From: an uncultured Balneolaceae bacterium
GTDB lineage: Bacteria > Bacteroidota > Rhodothermia > Balneolales > Balneolaceae
Assembly: GCA_964421495.1 (NCBI GenBank)
Contig: CAYQXO010000001.1
Span: 1-63,425 of the forward strand
DNA: 63,425 nt
Direction of reading: 5' to 3'
In this document: one piece after another, positions 18,428 to 25,869 of the stretch
Layout: each line of letters starts with the position of its first letter
Position numbering within the stretch: the first letter of the stretch is position 1
The notes under the pieces: generated by a model
What the model saw: the letters and a program-made list of their open reading frames with translations, nothing else
Databases searched by the model: none
What the model was told of the DNA's origin: nothing
Position numbers and translations under genes: made by a program

Positions 18428-19702
18428 TCACCAATATTTATGAGTTCTGTAAACGGTATATGCGCCTGAGAGCCCCGTGGCGACAAACCGTGCCAGTATG
18501 ATTCCCATGAGCCCGATGTAGGGAAGTAAGATCAACAGTAAAATAAATAAAATGAACGTTTTAATCGCCTCGGCAATCGTTTTTTCGTTTTCTTTTCGCA
18601 CCGAATAAAACAGTAACAGGAAAGGGGTGAGGTAAACTTCCAGAATGACGATGGCCGCCAGCCATTGGAAAAGGTTGGCTGATGTTGCATAGGACGTTCC
18701 GTAAACGAGGGGAATGAGCGGATCAGCAGCGAGGATAACCCCCAATATGAGGAGGCTGATCCAGGTAGAGCGCCCCAGGCTCTTTCGAATGAATTGACGG
18801 CGCCGCTCCCTGGAATCTAGGTTGGAGGTCTTGGGAAGCACGACGGTATATAAGTTATGATTCACCGTACTCAAACGTCGGGACAGGTTGAAGGACAGAG
18901 CGTAGATTCCCACCTGCCAGCTCGATAACCAGAAGGGAATAATCAGGAGGTCCATGCGAATGCCCAATTTCTCGATGATATTGGCCAGCCAGATCCAAAC
19001 TCCCGAACGAGTCAGGCGTTTCCACCCCCGTTTTAATTCGACCGTTGACGGCAGTTCAATCGACCACCGGGGATGAATCCACAGGTACCCGATTACCACA
19101 ATCACCATTTCTTTGACGATCAAAAGAAAGAAGATCGCACTGGTCAGGTTTAGTTGACGGCTAATAGCTAGAATTCCGGTCAACCCGCACGTTACGGCCG
19201 CCCCCGTGATAGTCAGAAGAGAGTAACGGTTAAAATCGGCGTCTACTTGCAGGAAAGTCTTCATGCCGTCGTTTACGGCATTTGCCACAACGGCTATGGC
19301 GGCTAGCTGGATAAAAATGAGGGGTAGCCCGATGGATCCGACGATCGGTATAATAAAATAAGCCGAGAGTCCAATAAGGGCAGCCAATAGTGCGGAGTAT
19401 AAAACCCGAAGCCAGAAATACACACGTCCGAGAGACACCGCCTGTTCCAGGCTTTTCTTCCATTGATCGGGAATGTGATAGGAGGCGGAGGCCGTCAGTC
19501 CGAGGTCGGATATTGCACCGCCAACGGCTATAAAGCTGATGATTACATTGAAATAGCCGTAGTGGTCCACTTTCAATATACGAGCCAACAATAGTCCCGT
19601 GACGAAACTGAATAGTATCTGGACTCCATTACTACCCAGTACTTTTAGCCAGTCCCGGGTGATATCGTCCGGGGAAGAGGTATTTTTGAGTTGAAAGTTC
19701 AA
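18428..19702 (-). CDS. Wzx-like oligosaccharide/polysaccharide flippase (MOP superfamily)
   Basis: About 12 hydrophobic segments across 424 aa, with a layout like polysaccharide biosynthesis (Wzx) proteins. The listed start is TTG, so the exact start is uncertain. Confidence 0.6.
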   Translation of the reverse strand: MNFQLKNTSSPDDITRDWLKVLGSNGVQILFSFVTGLLLARILKVDHYGYFNVIISFIAVGGAISDLGLTASASYHIPDQWKKSLEQAVSLGRVYFWLRVLYSALLAALIGLSAYFIIPIVGSIGLPLIFIQLAAIAVVANAVNDGMKTFLQVDADFNRYSLLTITGAAVTCGLTGILAISRQLNLTSAIFFLLIVKEMVIVVIGYLWIHPRWSIELPSTVELKRGWKRLTRSGVWIWLANIIEKLGIRMDLLIIPFWLSSWQVGIYALSFNLSRRLSTVNHNLYTVVLPKTSNLDSRERRRQFIRKSLGRSTWISLLILGVILAADPLIPLVYGTSYATSANLFQWLAAIVILEVYLTPFLLLFYSVRKENEKTIAEAIKTFILFILLLILLPYIGLMGIILARFVATGLSGAYTVYRTHKYW

Positions 19703-19791
19703 GTCGGGTTATAGACGGATTAAAAGAGCATGGAGTAACTGCCAATCAAAATATAAATAGTTTCAAAGGGATCTATAACGGAAATAACCCG

Positions 19792-19828
19792 AAATAAAAA
19801 GGGAGCGTCCCTCCCAAAGGTCGCTCCC
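19792..19828 (-). terminator. Rho-independent terminator downstream of the Toprim-region gene
   Basis: On the minus strand, GGGAGCG (19828-19822), a loop, and CGCTCCC (19807-19801) are followed by TTTTTATTT. Confidence 0.6.
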
Positions 19829-19910
19829 TCGCTTTGTTATGCGCCAAGCAATTTTATCGTTTGCAAGGTGACAGGGTGCCGGTGAAGAAAAAGGGGCAAT
19901 CCTGAATGAC

Positions 19911-20282
19911 CTACTCGCCCAATATCTCGTTCAGCCAGGAGGCAAGTGTATCCGGATCAAAAGAGGAGGAATCGAGTTGTTGACGAATATGGGTAATAAA
20001 CGACTTCAAAGCCCTGTAATTATGGATCTCCGATGCCATCTTTTTCAGTGCAGGACCGGGTAGAATATTTCCCTCGACTCCGCATTTAATCAGGTTGTTT
20101 TTCAACAGGTGATCGGTGCAGACTCCGATGCGGGAGGATCTGATGGATTTCCAGCTCGTCAAACGTTGCATTAGATCTCCCATCGTCATATAGGGAGAGA
20201 GGCTGTATTGATCCTGCCCATGCTTGGTGGATCCTTCCCCTGCATAAAAACGGTATTCCGAGTTGGATTCTCGGTATCGCAA
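19911..20282 (-). CDS. Hypothetical ORF, probably the C-terminal continuation of the upstream Toprim ORF in the -1 frame
   Basis: The only listed start is TTG. The same frame is open further upstream to nt 20371, immediately after an in-frame TGA inside the Toprim ORF. No recognisable motif. Confidence 0.4.
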   Translation of the reverse strand: MRYRESNSEYRFYAGEGSTKHGQDQYSLSPYMTMGDLMQRLTSWKSIRSSRIGVCTDHLLKNNLIKCGVEGNILPGPALKKMASEIHNYRALKSFITHIRQQLDSSSFDPDTLASWLNEILGE

Positions 20283-20314
20283 GGCCCGATAAAGTTGGGG
20301 AGTCCGAATTACTT

Positions 20315-20641
20315 TTAAATGGTATGTATACAGCGTGCGATACAGCGCCGGATCGTAACGATCCAGATGTTTTCACCGGCTGCATCATAATCGGTGGCTA
20401 TAATAATTTGTGCGGCCCAGCGGGCCTGGTCACGTATACGGTTTCGAATGTCTCGTTTGTCGGGGTCGGCTTTCAGGGTTAGCTGGTTGGTGGAGGAATC
20501 GTACCGTGGAATCCAGCAATACCCGTGTGTGGCTATGACGGTTAGATAGGGAATCTCAAAGCGTTTGATAATGCGGGCAATGGTAGGGGATTCAACGATG
20601 AGAAGAGTATTATTATGGATGACGGAAGATGGCCCGGTCAT
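20315..20641 (-). CDS. Toprim-domain protein (topoisomerase IA N-terminal-like), apparently truncated by a frameshift
   Basis: The ATG overlaps the ybeY stop (TAATG). LLIVESPTIARII, VIATHGYCWIP and IIATDYDAAGENIW parallel the topo IA Toprim motifs (IVESP..A, G H, ATD.D.EGE). Confidence 0.6.
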   Translation of the reverse strand: MTGPSSVIHNNTLLIVESPTIARIIKRFEIPYLTVIATHGYCWIPRYDSSTNQLTLKADPDKRDIRNRIRDQARWAAQIIIATDYDAAGENIWIVTIRRCIARCIHTI

Positions 20642-21087
20642 TACCTCTCATTTAATTTGTCCAGGTAGTAATTTTCCTGTCTTCGCATAGTCGATTGGTC
20701 TTCCTCCGTTTGGTCCCGGTATCCCGCTAAATGCAATAAACCGTGGAGTAAGACCCGATGAAATTCTCGTCCGGGCGTTTCATTATAGTCCTTTGCCTGT
20801 TCACTGATACGGGACCAGCAGCAGTATAACGTCCCCTCAATACGGGAGAATCCTTTATTTTCGTCATATCGAAATGTGATGATATCAGTTACGTAATCAT
20901 GGTCCAGATACTCTCGATTGATCTCGCGTATGCGCGTTTCCGTCACAGCCACGGCTTCCAGCAATTGAAAGGAGCAATCCTCCCCTTCTTCCACAAGTTT
21001 GGCCAACGCTTGAAAAGTGGAGGAGTCGACGGGCAGGGAAGCGCCGGTATCGTTAAATAACTCGATGGACGATGCTGGTAGTTTCAC
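20641..21087 (-). CDS. ybeY: rRNA maturation endoribonuclease YbeY
   Basis: Size is 148 aa. The motif is VLLHGLLHLAGYRD (metal-binding H..LHL.GY). GTG start. Confidence 0.85.
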   Translation of the reverse strand: MKLPASSIELFNDTGASLPVDSSTFQALAKLVEEGEDCSFQLLEAVAVTETRIREINREYLDHDYVTDIITFRYDENKGFSRIEGTLYCCWSRISEQAKDYNETPGREFHRVLLHGLLHLAGYRDQTEEDQSTMRRQENYYLDKLNER

Positions 21088-21152
21088 AACCGGGAATGGC
21101 AGGATAAATGAAAAGTTAGTGAGAAGAGAGTCTGAAACGTAAATGATCCGCG

Positions 21153-21614
21153 CTATTCCTCGTCATCGAAACTGAAATCATCTTCGTCTAATGATTCGGT
21201 TAGCGACAAAGCAATGCTGCACATCATCAAGTCTTCCGGCAACTGGGTGAAATCACTGTTCAGAATGGCCTCTTTTACGTTCGCGTACATGCTGCAACCG
21301 GCTTCCCGCTCAACGATAAGACCGGTGGTGCGTTCTCCGTATTTGCCGAAAAACGTAACCTGGTTTAAGGTTTCACTTGCAATGAAAGCGGTACAGTTAT
21401 GTAATTGGAGAAAGGTATTCGAGGCGTAAACGGACACCAGGTTCATAGGCTCATCTTCCGCTTCCAGGCCGAGATGTATTTCAAGGGCGAGTTTCCTGTT
21501 TTCTTCGGGATTTTTGACTTCCAGCCGGAATACATCATCTCCCAGGGGCTTCGGAGTCGTATCCAGCACCCGTCCGATCGCTTCAATATTTTCCTTCGTG
21601 AATTTGTGGACCAT
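21153..21614 (-). CDS. Hypothetical cytoplasmic protein with an acidic C-terminal tail
   Basis: The first ATG gives MVHKFTKENIE. The listed TTG start lies 3 codons upstream. The protein ends in SLDEDDFSFDDEE. No motif recognised. Confidence 0.5.
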   Translation of the reverse strand: MVHKFTKENIEAIGRVLDTTPKPLGDDVFRLEVKNPEENRKLALEIHLGLEAEDEPMNLVSVYASNTFLQLHNCTAFIASETLNQVTFFGKYGERTTGLIVEREAGCSMYANVKEAILNSDFTQLPEDLMMCSIALSLTESLDEDDFSFDDEE

Positions 21615-21693
21615 ATACGTCAAAAATGACTTTTTAAAGCGCCCATGCGTACGTCAGTATAGTCAATATATTAATCTAAATGTAATATTGCTA

Positions 21694-21863
21694 AAGCCCG
21701 ATGAAAAACCCGGGGAGGTCTCTTCAGCCAGGGAAATTCGGCTGACTGTTGCTTTGCGAGGGCAGGAATCTGAAATAACGTCTTTTTTGAGAATAACCTT
21801 TTTAGTCATTATGCCGAACAACCCAAGTGCTTCAGAGACCTCCCCGGGTTTTTCATCGGGCTT
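21694..21863. repeat. Perfect 30-bp inverted repeat flanking a 110-bp spacer (MITE-like or long-hairpin element)
   Basis: AAGCCCGATGAAAAACCCGGGGAGGTCTCT (21694-21723) is the exact reverse complement of 21834-21863. The element lies between two minus-strand genes. Confidence 0.85.
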
Positions 21864-21894
21864 CGCCACTCAAACGGCCGAACCATTATATCTC

Positions 21895-24800
21895 TCAATT
21901 CATGGGCATCTGGTCAACCTGCTTTTTGTTTGCTTCTTCCGTGGTCGGAAATCTCAGGCGATCCATGGTCATTTCATTGACCTGGGCGGCCAGGTCTTTG
22001 GCTTCCTGTTCTTTTTCAGCCATGAAATAGATCCGTTGTATGTAAATTAAACGGCTGGATGCATAGGATACTTGCTGAGCCTGGTTTTTACGAGAGGATT
22101 TAACCTGTTTGAGTCTATTCTCAAGTTTTTGCTGAGTTGAATAATTGGCGTTTTTCTTTGCCTGTTTTATCTGGCTTTGCAGCTGGCTGATTTGGCCCTG
22201 TACCTCATCATATCTGTTCATGCGGTAATCGAGGTCATCTAAAAGTTTCGATTCCGCTCTTTTCGCAAGATCATAGCCCCGGTCAATCGCACCAAGCCTG
22301 CCATAACGGTATGCGTAGCTTACCATGGAACTCATATCTCCCTGAACCGATTTAAAGGGAATTTTATCCTGTCCCCATTTCAACCAGTGCAAGGCGCTGT
22401 CCGGCTGGTTTCGATCTATGTATTCATTAGCCAGTTGTGTAAAGGAAAAACGATAATTGTCAAGCATCCGGCGAATGTTATGATTAAAGTAAACACCCGG
22501 ATTATCCATTTCCCTGAATTTAAACTTTTTCAATCGTTTGGTGTGGATTTCCGGTTTAATATATCCATAACTGGCATCCGGGTGTTCATTAGGTACCACC
22601 CGATAGGCTTGTCCCTCCAGCCTGAAGTAGTTTTGCAGATTCATCTGGCTTTCCCGCGCGACGGTAGTGGCAAAGTAGACGGGACGTAACCAGTTATTGT
22701 TTTTGAGGATATCCAGGATGATGTCATCCTGAATACGGGTGTAGTATAGTTTTTGGCCATTTCGATTCTGACCCAGGTAGTGACCTTCATAATGAAAGCT
22801 GACTTCATCGTCGAGCGAATCCACCGGTGTGCCGAAATCAATACCGTCGGCATAGATGTTGAAGGTTGTATCGGAGGTGACCCCGATGTTCCTGCGATAC
22901 TGGGCCGGATTACCGAATGATTGCTTCAACAATTCTTTATTAACCGGGATGGTATGCGTTTGAGGCTGATAAAAATCATCGGGCGAATTGAAACTGAACT
23001 TGCTGTCCATGTTTTCGATTTCCTCGTCGGGAATCGTAATGGGCAGGGGGGGAGAGTCATTCGACCACTGATTTTTCAACTGTTTAATATACCAGTCGGT
23101 ATTGAGCAGGCTAAGGCAAACCACCCGAACGTCGGTGCGGACCCCTTCTACTTCCTGGGCATACCAGAGAGGGAAGGTGTCGTTGTCTCCATTGGTGAAT
23201 ATAATGGAGTTGGGAGCGGTGGATTGTAGCAGGTTTTCAGCGTAGTCGGCGGCTACGTAGCGGTTACTGCGATCATGATCATCAAAGTTTTGATATCCCA
23301 TGAGAAAGGGGACGCCCAGGAATGTGGCTAATAGCACCCCGTAAGAGGCCAACTGAGCGAGACGCACTTTCCCCATGTAGTGTTTAACAAGTTGGATGAG
23401 TCCGGTGGCCCCCAGCCCGATCCAGATAGAGTAGGCAAAGAACGATCCCACATAGGCATAGTCCCGCTCGCGGGGCTGGTAGGGCGTTTGGTTTAGATAC
23501 AGGATAATCGCCAGGCCCGTCATGAAGAAAAGGACAAATACGGAGAGGGCCCTTTTCCAGTCATTCTGGAAGTGAAATATTAAACCGAAGATACCCAGCA
23601 GGAAGGGCAGGTAGTAATAGCTGTTGTGCGCGGGATTGTCTTCATTGCGACTTTGCGAGAATCCCGCCTGCCAGCCGGCATCCTGCACATCCGATTCACG
23701 TCCAATGAACTGCCAGTTGAAGTATCGGACATACATATGCTTGATCTGATAATCCAGGAAAAACTCCCAGTCGCTGTCATACTCGGCGTATTTTTGCTGA
23801 TGGCGTGGCTGGGAAGAATAGCGGCGGGGGAACCAGACTTCCTCATCCCGGTTGATTCCTTCCTGCGAATTATCGTAGGTGTTCCCACTTAGAAGAGGAG
23901 TATCGCCATATTGCTCTCGCTGCAGGTAGCTTTCAAATGACTCAACCGTCTCCGGATCATTTTCGTCAATCGGGGGATCGGCCATTGAGCGAATGAAAAT
24001 AATGGAATAGGCGCTGTATCCCAGTAAAATTACGGCATAGCTGACGAAAACTATATTGGCGAGTCGATATTGCTTTTTATGGGTGTAATATATGCCCAGA
24101 CCCACCGTAAGAAAAATGAGAAAGAAGTAGGTAACAGGTCCCACCAGACCATAGGTTGCAAAATTTATATTGTCTATTAAACCGGGCAACTTAATTACAG
24201 TAAACGGATATATGGCCAGAAACGTCACAGAAGCTATTCCGGCCATAACCAGGAATGAGGTGATATTGAACTCGTATTTCCTGAAATACACTATAATGGC
24301 TACGAAAAACAGGGCCAGTAAATTGAGCAGGTGAACGCCAAGGGCAATCCCGAAGCAAAAAGCAATGACCACCAGCCAGCGTTCACTGCGCGGCTCGTCG
24401 GCTTCGTCAGCCCACTTTAATGCTAACCACACCACGATAGCCGTGAAAAACATCGAGAGGGCATACATTTCGGTTTCGACCGCATTAAACCAGAAGCTGT
24501 CGGTTACGGCAAACGTAAAAGCACCGATCATGGCACCGCCATAGGTTGAAATCAAGTCGACGCGATCATACTGGTCGGGATGACCTTTCCACTGGGTTAT
24601 CAAGCGGACTATAATCAAATAGAGCAGCATGATGGTCAGGGCGGAGGAAAGCGCACTGATAAAGTTGACACTGACGGCTACCCAGAAGGTCGGCATGAAC
24701 ATGGAAAAAAGCCGGCCCAAAAGAATAAAGAAGGGGTTGCCCGGGGGGTGGGGGACTTCAAGTTTGTATGCGACCGCAATGTACTCGCCTGCGTCCCAGA

Positions 24801-24912
24801 AACTGGTGGTGGGAGCAATGGTTATACAGTATAAAACCAGTGCAGCAATAAATACGAAAAAACCAAGTACACGGTTTCGATTATGATGGGTAGCAAAATA
24901 TTTGGCTAACAT
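21895..24912 (-). CDS. DUF2723-family large membrane protein (GT-C-like putative glycosyltransferase) with a C-terminal coiled-coil/TPR-like region
   Basis: ATG start. The N-terminal signature is TSFWDAGEYIAVAYKLEVPHPPGNPFFILLGRLF. Many TM segments are followed by a soluble C-terminal half. Confidence 0.75.
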   Translation of the reverse strand: MLAKYFATHHNRNRVLGFFVFIAALVLYCITIAPTTSFWDAGEYIAVAYKLEVPHPPGNPFFILLGRLFSMFMPTFWVAVSVNFISALSSALTIMLLYLIIVRLITQWKGHPDQYDRVDLISTYGGAMIGAFTFAVTDSFWFNAVETEMYALSMFFTAIVVWLALKWADEADEPRSERWLVVIAFCFGIALGVHLLNLLALFFVAIIVYFRKYEFNITSFLVMAGIASVTFLAIYPFTVIKLPGLIDNINFATYGLVGPVTYFFLIFLTVGLGIYYTHKKQYRLANIVFVSYAVILLGYSAYSIIFIRSMADPPIDENDPETVESFESYLQREQYGDTPLLSGNTYDNSQEGINRDEEVWFPRRYSSQPRHQQKYAEYDSDWEFFLDYQIKHMYVRYFNWQFIGRESDVQDAGWQAGFSQSRNEDNPAHNSYYYLPFLLGIFGLIFHFQNDWKRALSVFVLFFMTGLAIILYLNQTPYQPRERDYAYVGSFFAYSIWIGLGATGLIQLVKHYMGKVRLAQLASYGVLLATFLGVPFLMGYQNFDDHDRSNRYVAADYAENLLQSTAPNSIIFTNGDNDTFPLWYAQEVEGVRTDVRVVCLSLLNTDWYIKQLKNQWSNDSPPLPITIPDEEIENMDSKFSFNSPDDFYQPQTHTIPVNKELLKQSFGNPAQYRRNIGVTSDTTFNIYADGIDFGTPVDSLDDEVSFHYEGHYLGQNRNGQKLYYTRIQDDIILDILKNNNWLRPVYFATTVARESQMNLQNYFRLEGQAYRVVPNEHPDASYGYIKPEIHTKRLKKFKFREMDNPGVYFNHNIRRMLDNYRFSFTQLANEYIDRNQPDSALHWLKWGQDKIPFKSVQGDMSSMVSYAYRYGRLGAIDRGYDLAKRAESKLLDDLDYRMNRYDEVQGQISQLQSQIKQAKKNANYSTQQKLENRLKQVKSSRKNQAQQVSYASSRLIYIQRIYFMAEKEQEAKDLAAQVNEMTMDRLRFPTTEEANKKQVDQMPMN

Positions 24913-25098
24913 CGGCTATGGATTTCTGCCCTAAGTTGTGTTTTAATATTTCAAGTATGAAATTCTGCTAAAATACAGATTTCCAATAATAGGTATAGCA
25001 ATGTAGGGAGTCAAAGGCAATTTGTATAAACTAATTCCCCCTTTAACTTAGAATATCGATAGATGGACTAACGTGCGATTAATTACTCTTATTTTTAA

Positions 25099-25665
25099 CT
25101 AATCCACCTCTTGTTCAATTAAATCCATAGCCACAGAATTGACGCAATAGCGGAGGCCGGTCGGTTCGGGTCCATCTTCGAAAACATGACCCAGGTGTGA
25201 TCCGCAGCGGCTGCAAAGTACTTCGGTGCGTGTCATGGACATACTGTTGTCGGTTTTGGTTTCGACGGCCTCCTGGTCAATGGGGGCGTAAAAGGCGGGC
25301 CATCCACTGCCTGAATGGTATTTGGTTTCCGAACTGAACAGCTTTTTTCCGCATGCCGCACATACGTATATTCCCTCTTTTTCCGTTTTATAGTATTCAT
25401 TGATGTAGGGGAGTTCGGTACCCTTGTTTCTCAATATGCGGTATTCCTCCCGCGTCAACTCTTTTCGCCATTCATCCTCGGTTTTCTTTACGTCGTAAGC
25501 CTGATTTTTGTCGGAGTTGCCCATGGTACTGTCTTTGTACGTTTGTTGTTGGAGGTGATTGTCTGTACGTCCTTTCGTAGCGACTACGTTGGAATACAAG
25601 TAAAAACCGACGCCGATCAATACCGTGGCGAGAGCTGTGAACTTTAGAATATTGAAAAGTTTCAT
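25099..25665 (-). CDS. msrB: Peptide-methionine (R)-S-oxide reductase MsrB with an N-terminal hydrophobic anchor or signal
   Basis: The zinc and catalytic motifs are CAACGKKLF...GWPAFY...[16 protein letters not shown]...RYCVNS. The N-terminal hydrophobic segment is [16 protein letters not shown]. Confidence 0.85.
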   Translation of the reverse strand: MKLFNILKFTALATVLIGVGFYLYSNVVATKGRTDNHLQQQTYKDSTMGNSDKNQAYDVKKTEDEWRKELTREEYRILRNKGTELPYINEYYKTEKEGIYVCAACGKKLFSSETKYHSGSGWPAFYAPIDQEAVETKTDNSMSMTRTEVLCSRCGSHLGHVFEDGPEPTGLRYCVNSVAMDLIEQEVD

Positions 25666-25785
25666 ATAAACCTGTGTAGCGGGTTAGCATCCAAGATTTA
25701 TTTCTTTGACTATGTGTAACTGATATAAAACCGGCATAGTATAACAGCGGCAAATTATTATGGTTTTTAAAAGACTCTAGTCCGT

Positions 25786-25869
25786 ATTGCGCTCACGCGG
25801 GAATCGCTAACGCTCGGTGCACTTCGCGGGTGACGCTTCGCTCTGAGCTCACCAAGAAATTCGGGCTAG
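25786..25869. repeat. Dispersed 28-29-bp-unit intergenic repeat, locus R2
   Basis: ATTGCGCTCA-CGCGGGAATCGCTAACGCTCGGTGCACTT-CGCGGGTGACGCTTCGCTCTGAGCTCACC-AAGAAATTCGGGCTAG. The last 4 nt overlap the stop codon of the tricorn-like gene. Confidence 0.8.

Noticed and set aside
20340-20385. Programmed -1 ribosomal frameshift in the Toprim gene.
   Set aside because: The only candidate site is GGTGAAAAC, which is not an X XXY YYZ slippery heptamer. I see no convincing downstream stimulatory hairpin. A homopolymer indel, from mutation or sequencing error, is the simpler explanation.
20641-21087. The YbeY metal motif reads H..LHL.GYRD rather than ending in the third His (GYDH).
   Set aside because: From memory, FCB-group YbeY proteins commonly have GY(K/R)D at this position. 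This is probably lineage-typical rather than a defect. It cannot be verified here without an alignment.
21514-22050. ORFs of 178 aa (+) and 68 aa (-, 21663-21869) spanning the 30-bp inverted repeat.
   Set aside because: Both read through the repeat arms and overlap the 3' end of the DUF2723 gene or intergenic DNA. They have no motifs and are probably artefacts of the palindromic sequence.
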